Assembly (NCBI RefSeq): GCF_009914755.1
Contig: NC_060945.1
Reading direction: 5' to 3' (one strand)
Source: the human T2T-CHM13v2.0 reference genome, Homo sapiens
Length of the DNA stretch: 64,000 nt
Below the pieces are notes generated by a model. It was not told where the DNA came from. It saw nothing but the letters and a program-made list of their open reading frames with translations, and did no database searches. How positions within the stretch are numbered: position 1 is the first letter of the stretch; each line of letters starts with the position of its first letter. A program made the translations under genes and the position numbers. Positions 27,460-45,978 of the stretch are shown piece after piece.

Positions 27460-27960
27460 AAAAACAGTTTCACTGAGATATCATTCACATTTGAGAGAGT
27501 TCAACCATTTAAAATGTACAACTGAGTATCTATTAGTATATTCACAGCATTTTCATCACCCTGAAAAGCAACCCCACATCTCCTAGGCATGACTGCAGCC
27601 TTCCTCCATGTCCCTCCACCTACCCGTGTTGTAGGCAACCACCATCTATCTACTTTTGTCTCCATATATTTACCTGTTCTGTATATTTCGTATACATAGC
27701 GTTATACAATATGTAGTCCTTTGTGACTGGCTTTTTCACTTAGCATAATGCTTTCAGAATTCATGCATGTTTTAGCACACATGAGTAGTTTATTTCTTCT
27801 TATAGTTAAATGATGTACTATTCCATGGCTATACTGGTTTTCCATTCATTCATCAGTTGATGGACCTTTAAGTTAGCTTCCACTTTTTAGCTATTATGAA
27901 CAATGCTGCTGCGAACATTCACTTACAGGTTATTATGTGGACACGGGTTTTTATTTCCCT
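27460..27960 (-). mobile_element. Old L1M fragment
   Basis: ggcaaccacc..ctacttttgtctccata..tttgtgactggctttttcacttagcataatg..gctattatgaacaatgctgct. Confidence 0.65.
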
Positions 27961-29049
27961 GCCATTGGACTTTATCCTCAGAGTTAATTGGGCAGATTTC
28001 AGCACTTGTCTTGCTCATGCTATCCTTTCTGCCTTCTCAGTTTCTGTTCATCTAGCCTCATTCACTCAGACGTGGCAGACAATTTATTGTTTTCATGAAG
28101 CTTTCTCTGACTGTTCTCTCGTTGACCTTATGTGTTAGCAATCGTTGTCTAGTCTGTGCAGAAAAACTTAGTCCTTAATTTTACATGGCTTTTATTTTTT
28201 TATGGAAGATAATTTTCTCTCATTATAAATTTGCTTAATGGGGGAATAGTATATAATATGTATGTCACCTATCCTTGCATACATTGAAAATATTTTAGCT
28301 TAGAAGTTTGTAGCATAGAATTCAATACTTCTTTATACCATACCAATTATTTCTTCTTTGAGACCTTGACACAGTAAGGTTTATATTCTAAGTGTATTTT
28401 TAGCAATTAAATATCAAAGCCAACCCAATTAGTCTAATACAGGAGACTCGTTCAATCACATGTTTATGTTTTTCTCTCTATGAAAAAGAATCTAAATTGG
28501 CCTTTTTTCACTATGCAGCAGAACTGTGTTTCTGGACCTCTACCAGTTTGTCAGCTGAGCAGTTCTGGCTGCAGCTTGTCTGTTGACGGATAGCACAGCC
28601 CCTCTATCTGAGTGCTCAGCAGAGTGCTTGTGAAGGCAGCACCACAGCAACAGTTGCTCAGAGCGAACGGATTCAGGAGCCTCAATTTAGCAATAGAGTC
28701 CAGGGTTTTCAGCTCAGTGTCTTTAGCCTGTCTCTGCTGGTCATGTCAGTTATGTTCTATTCAATCCAGGAGGTGCTGTTTACGTTGTAGTACATATATA
28801 GTCACTGCCTAATGAGTCATACAGAGAGAAAAGTAAGTTATAAATTATGTCCCCCATTTGCTGCAACTCTCAGTGGTAAGAATGATTCAGTGCAGCTATA
28901 GGAGAATACTTCCATTGGCATGCCACCTGCCTAACTTACACAATTTTGTTAAGATATGCAATAAAATTATTATGCTAATAGCAAATATTTTATGTAGCTC
29001 ACTATGTTCCACGTAGTCTTCTAAGTGCTTCATGTTAGTCCCAAGTTAA

Positions 29050-29330
29050 ACACCTGGTTTTGGAAGGCTGAGGCAGGAGGATCGCTTGAGCCCAGGAGTT
29101 TGAAACCAGCCAGAGCAATATGGTGAGACCCGGTCTCTAAAAAAAAAAAAAAAAAAAAAAATTAAACACTTAGCTGAGGCATGGTGATGCATGCCTATAG
29201 TCCCAGCTACATTGGGAGGCTGTGGTAGGAGGGTCATTTGAGCTTGGAATATTGAGGCTGTAGTGAACGGTGATCAAGCCACTGCACTCCAGGCTGGGTA
29301 ACAGAGGGAGACTCTGTCTCATAAATAAAA
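29050..29330 (+). mobile_element. Alu (AluJ-like, 5'-degraded) with a long middle A-tract
   Basis: ggaggatcgcttgagcccaggagtt; A23 linker; ccactgcactccagg. Confidence 0.85.
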
Positions 29331-29718
29331 CATTTTCTATAGATTCCCATAAAAGTGAGTTAGACATCAGTCATAGAATTATTAGCCACTTTGATGTCTA
29401 CCTTGGGAGTAAAACATATAATAAGGGGCAGCTTTAAACCATCTCAATCAATAGCCTCCAACTTCTTGAGAAGGTTCTTATTTCATGAACTTCTAAACAA
29501 GAGACTACCTGGATTAAGACATTTGGTGGACACCATTTTGAGATGAAGAATCTTGAGTGAGAAGAAGGGAGATCTCTACTTACTGAAGCTTCCCAATGAC
29601 ATAGTTAAGTGTCCCCCAAAAGAAACTTTAGAACAAGACTTTCATCATGCCACATCTCTATGGAAAAGGAATTTCTTTAAAAGAAAATAAAGGCAAACAA
29701 TTGATAATCTGATTCTCA

Positions 29719-30183
<465 letters not shown>

Positions 30184-30415
30184 TCAAAGTAACATTAATG
30201 AGAACCAACATAAAATAGACAAGATTCACTATCTACAAAAGTAATCTGCACCAATTAGCAATGTATGAGCATGTGGTTGAGAATATTGTCTATAATATGT
30301 GTACTAGAACGAAGAGACCTCAAGAAAATGGTCAGAGCTGGAAATGTAGATTTGGGAATCTAGGTCAAAGTTTTGAGATTTTAGGAGTCCTGAGAGAATT
30401 TAAAAAGAGAATTAG

Positions 30416-32387
<1,972 letters not shown>

Positions 32388-33115
32388 AGCAGAGGGAGCA
32401 TTTGGTCACTGCTCTGCTGAGTACAGCAGGATAAAGTCCTTCATGACCCTTGGACTTTTTTATTGGGATTATTAAAAATCAGATTTCAGTATAAAAAACA
32501 CCATAATTGATGAAAAATAGATTTCTGAATGAGACCATGTGCCATAGAGTCCAATGGAAGGGGAGAAACAGGATAATAGAAAAGCCACAAAAAGTAGACA
32601 AAAGTTGTTTTTATTATAGAAAAAATATACTTTATTTAAAGAGAAATGGTTAAGAGAAAGGGAAAAACTGAAACCTATGGGTGAATACTTAGAATGACAG
32701 TATTTAGCTCAACCTGAAGACAGATGAGGATGAAAAATGTAATGGGAACTAGATAAGAGTTTTTTAAAAATTGTCTTAGTAAGATGTAATTTAAGAAAAC
32801 TTGGAATATCTTAAACTACTAAAGACAATATTTCTAGAGCACCTTTAAAAACTAAAATGTAAATATAACTACTCTTTTTTTTAACTAACCCTTAGTATTT
32901 TGTGTGTAAAAACCCTCATTTGTAACAAACATTTTTGGCAGTTTAAATTTCAGAAAAGATAACGATGAAAATTTGAAACACTTATAGCAGTTTTAAGAAA
33001 AGTGACTATTTTTGAAATCTGCCCTTATTGGCATCAGGTTTACAAAATGCACTTTATACACCTGCCTAAATACATATTACTCATCCACTTATGAGAAATA
33101 ATATTTTTGAGATAA

Positions 33116-33307
<192 letters not shown>

Positions 33308-33517
33308 TAACCACTTATTAATTGATTTAACTCTAATTTTACTTGACTAAAACCTAGATACAAATTCATTTTAAGTTTGCATTTTCATAATTAAATTAAT
33401 TCTATTTTAAAATGTATTTCAGAAACTCACAGCACAACTTTTTAGACATGTGTGTCATGGGGGCAGGAGTCAGCTGAGCTGCTGGGGCAAGGTGAAATTT
33501 TTTTTGAATGCCAAAAT

Positions 33518-33795
33518 ATTTTTTTTTTCTTTTTGAGAAAGAGTCTGGCTCTGTTTCCCAGGCTGGAGTGCAATGGCACGGTCTTGGCTCACTGCAACCT
33601 ATGCCTCCAAGCAATTTTCCTGCCTCAGCCTCCTGATTAGCTGGCATTACAGGCATGTGCCACCACGCCCAGCTAATTTTTGTATTTTTAGTAGAGATGG
33701 GGTTTTGCCAAGTTGATCAGGCTGGTCTTGAATTCCTGACCTCGTGATCTGCTGCCTCGGCCTCCCAAAGTGACGTGAGCCACCATGCCCGGCCA
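33518..33795 (-). mobile_element. Alu (AluS-like, small deletions)
   Basis: gagtctggctctgtttcccaggctggagtgcaatggc...gagccaccatgcccggcc. Confidence 0.9.
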
Positions 33796-34687
33796 CTTAT
33801 TCTTTCATGATTTTGAAAACAATGACCAAGCCTTGGACATATAATGTCCAGTGCACTCTTCATTATCTAGTTTGAATTTTTATTTCTGAAGATATGTTTT
33901 GCTGTCTGTGGTCATTTTTTCTTCCTTTTGTAGTATCCTCTGCTGCATTCAAATTTCTTAAAGAAGACTTGTTTGTGTCATTCTTTAACATCAAATTTAT
34001 CTTGATATGTAGCTTATATTTTGTTTCTGCTTCTTTTTATTTTAGATATAAAACATATCATGGAAATTTACTCATTGTAGATGAGTACCTCTGTTGTATA
34101 CATGAAGTATACATGTTATTAAACTTGTTTTACATAAATAAATTTCATATATATAAATATATGTATAACTTGAAGAAAAAGTAAAATGAACATTTATGTT
34201 TTGATCACAGATTTTTTTTAAAACAACGGAATCTGTCTTTGAAGCCTTGAACACAGCTACTTTTCTATTTATTTACTGAGCACTTAATTTGGTTTTCTGA
34301 TTCGAATCAACATTTTTCTGTCATTGCCTTTCTCTACATGGTTTTGTGTCTCTTTAATTTTGTTGACATTATGTCAGCAAAGATGTCTAGATCTCTTCTT
34401 CAAAGTCTTTAAATCGTCACACATCTCTCCGCCCCTTTCCTTTTTTCTAAAACTGCCTGTTTCCTTTTTCTCCTCAACTCAGATATTAAAGATGTTTTCT
34501 TCTCTTTTTCTACATTGAAAGATCTCCTTGATGCTTTTGGTGTGTACTTTTTTTTCTCTGATAGACTGTGGTCAATGCATATCAAAATGTATTTTTTGAC
34601 TTTTTCAAACGTATGTGTTTTACTTTTTTATCTTGGTTACTTATCTCTGGGTTATGGCTTATATTTAGTTATAGGTTATTTTACCTA

Positions 34688-35047
<360 letters not shown>

Positions 35048-35272
35048 TTATAATATCACTTTACCTGCCATATATGACATAAAATTGTTCTTCATATTAT
35101 TTATCTAAGATTATAATTTCATATAGAATGCTTTTAAACTATGTTCAGTTGAAACTGAAAGGAACATAGTTTATAGATTTGTTTCCTTGATATGCCATAA
35201 CATATATTTAAACAATTATTAAATATTTACTCTTAAAAATACTTGACTTACTAATTCTGTACATTTCTGCAG

Positions 35273-35915
<643 letters not shown>

Positions 35916-36589
35916 ATGTATGGTAATTTTAAATCAGTTTTTGTATTAAAAATCATGCATTTTGGAAAATATTGATAATGGAAAAACCCAAATTCTGCCA
36001 AAATATGTTGAGAAAATAGAGGGTAAATATATCTTTTCAAACTTTAAATGCCTCAGGCTCTTAGTTAATCTTCCCCAGATCTGGGAAGACCTAGAAGGGG
36101 AGAGATTGGGCTACCTTAATGAGGGCCATTTCAATCTCTTGGCCTGCAGCAGCCATTTCAAAATACGTCAAAAAATATATTTGGGGGTAAAATATTTTGA
36201 TTTCCTTCAGCCTCTTCTCTCTGTGATGCTGCACCAGAATCAGATTAGAAAGGAAGCCACATTATAAGTGTTAATAAAACCCATCTGATGAGATTTGATA
36301 GTTTGAAGGGTGTGTTTCCCAGACCCTTTAGATAGAATTTGGGGCCAAAGAAAACAAGGTCTTATTCCTCTGTATAAATCTGTCAGTGCTTTAAGCAGTG
36401 AAAGAAAGATTTTTCATTTAATTTTACAGACTTGAAACTAATGAAAAGGATAGCTTGTAAAATATAAATCTCTTTTTCTATAAAAAGGACATGTTGTTGA
36501 TTCTCTTAGACCTTGAACCCTGGCCAGTGATTTGAAACCAAGCAGTACCTATCTCCGGATCTCTAGTACCAAATTAATTCGGGGTGGGG

Positions 36590-38390
36590 GGGTAACAGCT
36601 TTATTGAGAAATAATGAAAACACCATGCAATTCACTCATTTAAAGTATACAATTCATTAACTTTAGTATTTTCAGAGTTATGCCATCATCATTACAATTA
36701 ATTTTAGAACATTTTCATCACCCTAAAAACAAACCCCACATCATTTAGCCATCTTCACTAGTTTTCCCTTCCTCCCTCAGCCCTAGGGAACCACCCAGCT
36801 TCTTTGTATAGATTTGCCTATAAGCCTCTGAAATAAAAAGCAAGTGGTCTGCTGGGACTGGCTTATTTCACTTAGCATAATTTTTCATGCTGCATCTGTG
36901 CTGTAGCAGGTATAGATGCTGGGCTTTTGCTCCTTAGTTCAGCTACATCTGGGTTCTTCTCTCGTGACCAGGAAAAATTAAGCATGCAGACACATTGAGG
37001 AGGGCAGAATTTATTATGTGAAAGGACAGCTCTCAGCAAAGAGAGGGGTCCTGCAAACAGGTTTCCACCTCACAATTGAATACCAGGAGCACATGAGCTG
37101 AAGCGGCCAGGCTCCTCCTCAGCATAAGGCGTGAATTCCTGGTGACCCCACCCCATCCCCCCACTGCATGTGGGCCTCCGGTCTGCTGCGGGCATGTCCA
37201 GGCAAGACAAGTCCAGCTTCCCTTATCTGCACATAACATCTGGTGAAAACACTTGTGGGGCTGGTTGGAGATTCTCCGGGGACCCTTCCGTATATGCCTA
37301 GGCATTTTGCTGTCTCCTCCTAATACGATATCTGTACTTAATTTCTTCTTATTGCTGAGTAATAATCCATTGTATGGATACATCAAACATTTTATTTATC
37401 CATTCGCCAGGTGATGGGACCTTTGGGTTCTCTCCCACCCAAAGGTGACAGACGTTCTGGTTCTTTACACCTTTTGACTACTATTAATAATGCTGCTGTA
37501 AACATTTATGTATGAGTTTTTGTGCTTGTGTATGTTTTTATTTTTCTGGAGTATATACTTATGACTGGAATTTCTGTGTCATATGGTAACTTTATGCTTA
37601 ACCCTTTAAGGAGCTGCCAGTTTGTTTTCCAAAGTGGCTGCATCACTTTACATTCCCAGCAACATTAGATAAGGGTTTTAATTTCTTTACATTTTTTTCT
37701 AACACTCTTTTTTCTTGAACAAAGATTTTATCCTGTGGTGTGAAGTGATACCACATGTGGTTTTGATTTACATTTTCCTAATGACTAATTACATTAAGCA
37801 TCTATTAATGTGCTTATCCATCTTTATATCTTCTTTGCAGATATATCTATTCAAAATCTTTGACCATTTTTTAAAATTGGCTTATCTTGTTATTTATTAA
37901 TTGCAAGAGTTATTTATATTTCCTCTATATGTAAGTCCCTTATCAGATACACGCTTTTCAAATACTTTCTTCTACTTGGCGTCTTACCTTTTCACTTCTT
38001 CATACTGTCTTCTGAGGCACAGCAGTTTTCAATTTTGAAGTCCATTGAATCCATTTTTCCTTTGGAGTCATAGCTAAGAAAACACTGGCAAATGCAGACA
38101 CAAAGATTTATGCCAGTGTTTTCTTCTGAGGGTTTTATAGTTTTAGCTTTTACAGTTAACTATTTTATTTTGAGTTAATTTTTAAATAAGATATTTGGTC
38201 GAACTTTATTTATTTTTTGCTTATGGATACCCAGTTGTCCCAGAACCATTTGTTGAAAAGACTATTCTTTTCCCATTGTGTTCTTTCGTTAAGTTTGTAT
38301 AAAATCAATTGACTGTAAAAGTGCAAGCTTATTTTTAGATTGTCAATTCTTAGCTTCTTTATGTCTATTCTTATGTCAAGGCCCAATCGA
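36590..38390 (-). mobile_element. Old L1M fragment interrupted by an LTR
   Basis: cagctttattgagaaataat..ttaaagtatacaattca..; resumes after 37330 (tttccaaagtggctgc, ccagttgtcccagaaccatttgttgaaaagact). Confidence 0.75.
36913..37327 (-). mobile_element. ERV1-class solo LTR (MER61/MER83-like)
   Basis: GC-richer ~415-bp block (gctccttagttcagct..gggttctt..gaccaggaaaaatta..cttatctgcacataacatctgg..gcctaggcatt) splitting the L1; subfamily uncertain. Confidence 0.6.
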
Positions 38391-39689
38391 ATTGAATGAG
38401 AAGTTTTTTTCAATCATGTTGCATATTACCAGTTGTCTTATGTCATAATAAAAATTAAATTTAGTGGAATATCTGTAACTTCACCTTTTGTCTCACAAAG
38501 GAGTCTCTGGCCAGCTTATACCTTACTTCATCTAAGACATGATCAGACGCCAGGCTTACAAGACACATTTAATTTCTTTTTTTCTCCATTCAAGCCTTTA
38601 GTCTCTTTTCCATTGCCTCCCGCTATAGTTATATTTTCAGTAAGTTTTGGTCGCAGGATCTGCTGACATAGTCTAATATTTAGTGCATTATGTTTTACTA
38701 ACTCATTATAATTCATAGAACCTTCCATAGATGTTTACCATCGAGGAAGGAGAAGTTTAAGTCTGAGCCACCAGCTTTCCTCAGTGGAAATCAAGTGAAG
38801 TCATCATCTTGCAGTTTACAGACCCTCTTTCCTCCTGGTAGCTGGTTCTCTTGGGTAGTACTGTGGCTAATCCTTTTCTTAGTGCAGATCTTGCATTCTC
38901 AGAGACCACAGTTCCCTGTATTGACCTCCTTTTACTGAAACAGAGATGCACAGCTCTGCTTTCTAGCTCAGTAGAGGATTCTTGGAAAAAAACGTTTAAC
39001 TCATTCCAAGAAAAAGTCTTAGGAGTGCAGCACTTCAAAATCAGGTAATGTTCAGGCAATTTATCAGAGACACATAGTAGATTAGTATTTTGACTTTCAA
39101 AATTTCGGAGCCAATTTGTGTGCTATAGAGAAGCATTGTGGCATAACATAGAGATGGGATGGTCTTAACTTCTCCATACAAACAAGCTTGGAGTAAGGTA
39201 AAGGAGAAATTGCATTTGATGTCTTAACACTCAAAACACACTATGCTTATTTTACTTCTGTGAAGACTAAAAATCATTCCATAGTCTCCTTATTTGCTCA
39301 TTTAGAAAAGAAAATGAAAATTGAATACTAGGTTGATTAATAAACACTCAAAGCTTCTTCTTTTAGAATTTTAGTTAATTGAAATCAGGTAAATGTCTGA
39401 TTTTGCCTATGTCGCCAAGTATTTCTAGTTGTTTTTCAAATCATACATCTTCTTGCTTCCCAGTCTTATTTCCTAACTTGAGGGAAAAGTGTAAGGAGAC
39501 ATCCTTGCCTTGTTATCAGAGTTCATAATTGAAGGAGTTTTAGGAAAATTCCTCCTCAGCAGCTTATGTCTCTCTCCTGGTTATCTGCTGCTTCTCAATA
39601 ATGTTTGACATCAATAAATAAATCTCAACATTTATTAGATCCTACTTTAAAAGAGACTTTTCTGCTGCATAAGTTATGTTTCCTGTTGT

Positions 39690-40075
39690 CTCTTTTTAAA
39701 AGTTATTTTTCTAACAATTACCCAGAATCTTGTGGCTTGAAAGAAAAACATTTATTTTGTTCATGAACCTGTGGTTTGGGAAAAACTTGGCCAGGACAGC
39801 TTGTCTCTGCTCCCTTCAGCTTCCCTAGGAACAGCTGATCAGTTGGGGAAATGGAGTCCTCTGAAGCTTTGGTCACCCACTTGTTTGATGGTTGATGCTG
39901 GCCATCGGCTGTAAACTTGGTTGGGACAGGCAGCATGAACACTGACACAGGCACTTTCAGGCTCTCACAATTGGGGCTGGGTTCCAAGGGAAAACAGTCT
40001 GAGATAGGGAAACCACATGGTATCCCTTTCACTACATTCTACTCATTAGAAGGAAGTCAGTAAGGCTGGCCCATA
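39690..40075 (-). mobile_element. MLT1-type MaLR LTR remnant
   Basis: aattacccagaatcttgtggcttgaaagaaaaacatttattttgttcatgaa is the antisense MLT1 3' end. Confidence 0.6.
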
Positions 40076-40109
40076 TTCTGCTTTTTAAATGGGATGAATG
40101 TAGCTTCTC

Positions 40110-41850
40110 TTTTGTTTTAATTGACACATATATACATAATTATGGGCTATAGAGTGATATTTTTATACATGTATATAGTGTGTAATGATCAAGCTAACTA
40201 GCACATTTACTACTTCAACCATTTTTCATTTCTTTGAATTGTGAACATTCAAAATCTTCTGGCTTTTTAAAAATATACAATAAGTCATAGTTAACCATAT
40301 TCACCCTACAATGCCACAGAACACCAGAACCCACTCCTCTTATCTAACTGTAATTCTGTATCCATTAACCAGCCTCACCTCCCCTACTTCTGTGAGCTTT
40401 TTTTTGTTAAGAGACAGGGTCTTGCTAGTGTAGTCTGGGCTCTGGGCAACTGTAGTCACCCAGACTGGAGACAGTGGTTTGATCATAGTTCACTGCAGCC
40501 TCAAACTCTTGGGCCCATCTGATCCTCACACCTCAGCCTCCTGAGCAGCTGGCATTATGGGCATGCACCATTGCACTTGTCTGATTTTTGACTTTGTAGA
40601 GATATCTCCCTATGTTGCCCAGGGAGCTCTGGAACTTTTGGCCTCAAATGATTCTCTTGCCTTGGTCTTACAAAGAGCTAGGAAATTACAGGCATCAGCC
40701 ATATTGCCCAGCCTTCAATTTTCCTTTAGCTCCCACACATGAGTAAGAATGTGCAGTATTTCTCTTTCTGTGTCTGCACTTAACATAACATCCGTCAGAC
40801 TGATCCACGTGGCCACGAATAATAGGATTTAATTCCTTTATACGGTGAATAGTATTCCACTGTGTTTGTGTGCCACAGTTTTTCGTCCATTCATTTGGTG
40901 ATGGACATGTAGGTTGATTCCATACACAAGCTGTTGTGGATAGTGCTACAGTAAACATATGAGGACAGGTATCCTTTTGATCTATTGTTTTCTTTTCTAT
41001 TGCCTGAATACCCAGTAGTGGGATTGCTGGATCCCTCGGCAGTCCCATTATTAGTTTTTTTGAGAAAACCTCCTGTTGTTCTCTATAGTGGCTGCACTAA
41101 TTTACCTTCCCACCAACAGCATGTAAGAGTTTACTGTTCTCTGGAGCCTCACGAGCATTTGTTATTTTTTTTGTCTTTTCAATGACAGCAATTTATTCAA
41201 ATTGAAGCAAGATTATATCACATTGTAGATTTGATTTGTATTTCCCTGAGGATTAGTGATACTGAGCATTTTAAAATTTATTTATTGGTTATTTGTATTT
41301 CTTTTTCTAAAAAAAAGTATAGTTACATATTTTGCCCAATTTTAAACTCAGATTTTTTTTACTGTGAAGTTGTTTGAGTTTTTTTGTATATTTTGTATAT
41401 TAGTCCCTTATTAGGTGAACAACTTGACAATATTTTCTCCTATTCTACAGGTTTTTTCTTCACTCAGTTGTTTGTTGGACAGAAGCTCTTTAGCTTAATG
41501 TAGTGTCATTTGTCTATGATTTGTTGTTTGCCTATGCTTCTGATGTCTTACCCATAAAAATCTTTGTGCAGACTAATATCCTCAAGCATTTTCCCTATAT
41601 TTACTTAGAGTAGTTTGATAATTTTGGGCCTTACATTTCAGTCTTCAATCGATTCTGAGTTTATGTTGTTATATGGTGTTACATAGGAAGCTAATATCAT
41701 TCTTCTCCATATGGATATTTAGTTTTCCCAGTGTCATTCATTTGAAGAGGCTGTCCTTTCCCCAGCGTATGTTCTTGGCATGTTCGTCCAAAATCAGTTG
41801 GCTGGAAATATGTGGATTTATTTCTGGGTGCCGTATTCTATGGTCTTTAC
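40110..41850 (-). mobile_element. L1MA-like fragment containing a nested AluJ (~40400-40715)
   Basis: ORF-track peptide LPRDPAIPLLGI..KDTCPHMFTVALST..WNQPTCPS is an L1 ORF2 C-terminus; the Alu text interrupts it. Confidence 0.8.
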
Positions 41851-41964
41851 TCCAAGAATCATTACTTCTTAAAATGCAATTCAAATTAGCATGAAACATT
41901 TGCAGTTTAAGGAAAGGCTTATAGCATCAGAATCCTTAATCATAGATTTCATTATTTTGTGTTG

Positions 41965-42245
41965 TTTTTTGAGATAGGGTCTTTGTCTGTCATCCAGGCA
42001 GAAGTGCAGTGATAATAATTCACTGCAGCCCTGAACTCTGGGTACAAGCCATCCTTTTGCCTCAGTATCCCAACTAGCTGGGTCTACAGGCATGAGCCAC
42101 CATGCCCGGGTAATTAAAAATTTTTTTTTGTAGAGATGGGGGACTCACTATGTTGCTCTGGCTGATCTCAAATTCCTGGCCTCAAGTGATCTTTCTGCCA
42201 CAGCTTTTTAGAGTGCTAGGATTACAGGCATGAGCCACCATGTCT
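41965..42245 (-). mobile_element. Alu (AluJ-like)
   Basis: ttttgagatagggtc...gattacaggcatgagccaccatg. Confidence 0.85.
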
Positions 42246-42594
42246 AATATAGAGTGTAATATTATTTTCAAAGTCTTATTCCTAGACCCATTTATTGACT
42301 TTGGCCTAAATAACTCAATATGATATCTCTGAAACTTTTTTTGACATACTGTGGGGAATGATAATGAAGGAAGGGGGTTAGACACTTTTTACTAGGAGAT
42401 AACTTTGTGCCATTTAAGGAGGAACAAAAATGAATTATCGAAAAATAAAAGTAAAATGAAGTACAAAAATTCTGTGGCAAAGATGATGATAGTAAAGAAT
42501 ATATTTTTATGACTCATGGTAGCTTTAACTTTGTTCTTAAAATTCTGAGTAATTTCAGGGTTCACATTTGAAGAATCTGCTGCATTACAGATAA

Positions 42595-43095
<501 letters not shown>

Positions 43096-43559
43096 TAGAA
43101 AAAAATGGTATCTCTTTTTTCTTTTAAATATTTAAATTTCCATTATTATTATAACAAAATCAATCTTTCAGAGTAATGATTCTCATTATGGAGTCATTTG
43201 ATGATTAAGACCAGTTGGCATAGGAAGAAATTGTGATTTAGAAATTATGTGATAATTATGAATTGGTCTTAAGCTACAGTGTTCATTGATCACTTTTTCA
43301 AATTACGAATGGATTCTATTACTTTTTATATGACCAGATTACATTAATACTAGCATAATTATGATTTCAAATTTTTACAAATCAGACTTAATTCTGAATT
43401 CAGTTATTAGTTTTGGTATTGCTGAAATATTTTAACCTTCAGCCTCTTTTTTAACATATTCAAAAATACTCTTTGAATCGCTGACTCAAAATGAAAGGCA
43501 ACAAACATAATAATTAGGTTATAATTGTTTTAAAAGTGTATTCTTTTCCTCTGTTTTAG

Positions 43560-43774
<215 letters not shown>

Positions 43775-45069
43775 TAAGTCAAAACATACACTCATAGAAA
43801 ATGAATTAAGCTCATTAATTTGTTTCAAAAGCATAATTTTTAGTGAGATGGCTTCAGGAGATTAGAAGGAAGTAAACGTTAATTTGACAATGTAATTTTG
43901 AAAAATAATGTTAGTAAATAATCTTACCTTTAAAATGTTAGTCAAAGATAGTTTTAGTCTCTCCTCTCATTTTTTTTTTTTGCTTTTGTATGGCTTTTTT
44001 TCCTGAAAAGTCTCATGTAATTAACCTGATCTGTTAGTTTTCTTCACTAAGTATTTTTGAAGCTTTATAATTAATAAAGTGATCTTGTTATAAAATTACT
44101 TGTCAGAATTTCCCTAAATAGAAATATTAATGTGTTTAATTTACTTTTCTGTAGATCACAACCTAAATGCAAAGTGGTACTGCTACTCTGGGCACAATTG
44201 TTTTTGATTGTGATCTTTAGTATTATCACCAGAGTGTGCCTCAAGAAAGACTATTTGTGTAACATATTCAAGATGTTACAGAAAGGCACCCTTGTGAAAT
44301 AGGGAATAATTATCACAGGAATTTAAAGAAGTGTAATTCACAAAGCGGTTAAAAAATAACACCTTGTTCAGCCTGAAGTGTTGTGTGGAAGGCAGAAAGA
44401 ACATGCCCCACCTCCAGGGCCTTGGTCACAGTGTTGGGGGCTAATTGCCTTCAGAGATGCTTTAGTTCTTTTTGATCACCAACCAGACAATCTAGTTCTC
44501 CCCTAGGAGTTGTTGCTCTGAATTATTCCTCAGTGCCAAATGTTTAATTGGTCCTAGATAATGGGTGAAATGTACAAGAGTGAAATCTAAAACTGGTTTA
44601 CTAAACACAAGTATTCCTAGATTTTTTTTTTGTTCATTTTAGTTTTCTTCACCTACATTAAGGAGTACAACATGATGTTTTGATATAATTATTTCTAGTG
44701 AAGTGGTTCTTATAATCAAGCAAATCAACATATTCATTTTCCCACATTATTACCCTTTAAATACAAGTATTTCTAATGGAATCTTCAGAATCTTACAAGT
44801 AGAGCCATTTTAGAAGGCAGGAAGTTTTACCTGTTGAGCCATACATCACTGATAGCCATTTCTCTTCCCTGTCTACTTTGTTTGAACTGCTTGTTCAGTA
44901 GAAATCACCTTAGAAACAATGGTGCTTCTTTAGAACGATTTTAAAATTATAATTCCTTACAACAGGTATGCTCTTACACATCTTCTGTGTGAAAACACTA
45001 TTTAGTGGGTAATTTGGCTTACTCTCAGGGTAAGTTTTTAAAAACTGCAAGTCATTAAGAATCATTAAG

Positions 45070-45550
45070 AAGCCTGGTCAGTGGGGGGACCTAGTCAGTG
45101 TTGGCCTTATTAGTGTGGCCTGATCAGTTGGAACATAAACAATGAAAAACTGGTTGATGGGGCATATACAGTATATCAGAGGCCTGGTCAGTGTGGGGCC
45201 TTAGTGGCTTGGAGCCTGGTCAGTGAGGGCCTGGTCAGAGGGGGCTCCGTCAGCTAGGGACTCATCCATGGAGAATTGTTCAGTGGGGGGTCGTGTGAGC
45301 AGCAACCTGGTAAATTGTGGTCTTGTCAGTGGGAAACCAGTCTTGTCAGTGGGACCAGGTCAGTGGAAAATTGGTCAGTGTGGTCTGGCCCATGAGACCT
45401 ATCAAATGCGGGCCTGGTTAGGAAGACATGGTCAGTGGGGACTTGATCAGTGGAACCTGGTCAATGGAGGAGTGGTCATTAGGGGTCTCATCACTCATCA
45501 CTGGGAACCTGGTCAGGGGCGATTGGTCAGTACGTGGCCTGCTGGCCACT
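45070..45550. repeat. Degenerate G-rich minisatellite (~15-bp ggggcctggtcagt motif)
   Basis: Many copies of (cc)tggtcagtgggg and its variants. Confidence 0.8.
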
Positions 45551-45904
45551 ATGTGACCTTAGGCAGGGGGTTTTTCTGTGTAACCTCCTTGCCTCCATCT
45601 GCAGGGAAGATGAGTCAGGGCACCCAAGAGGGTGGCTGGAAAGAGAAGGTGAGAAGATGTGTTGAATCCAATATTGTTTGGCAGACCTACAACTTTACAA
45701 ATGACCTGTGTTCCACCTAGAGAGGGTCCCAGCCCTCAGCAGTATGCAGTGCCTCTCCTCTGTCTGCATCCCCAGGACCACCATGGGTGGGGAGGGCAGA
45801 GATTGGGGAGCACCTATAGAGGCTCTAATGCTCTAAGGTGACAGTGATGAGGACCTGGGTGCACCCATGAGTGGAGAAGCTAGGCCTGTCCAGAGAAGCA
45901 AGAC

Positions 45905-45978
45905 AAACACACACATACGCACACACACACACACACACACAGGCACACATGCATACACAAACACATTGTATACACACA
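45905..45978. repeat. (CA)n microsatellite, imperfect
   Basis: Read directly from the sequence. Confidence 0.9.

Noticed and set aside
45223-45720. 165-aa ORF
   Set aside because: Mostly stop-poor minisatellite sequence; no recognisable domain.
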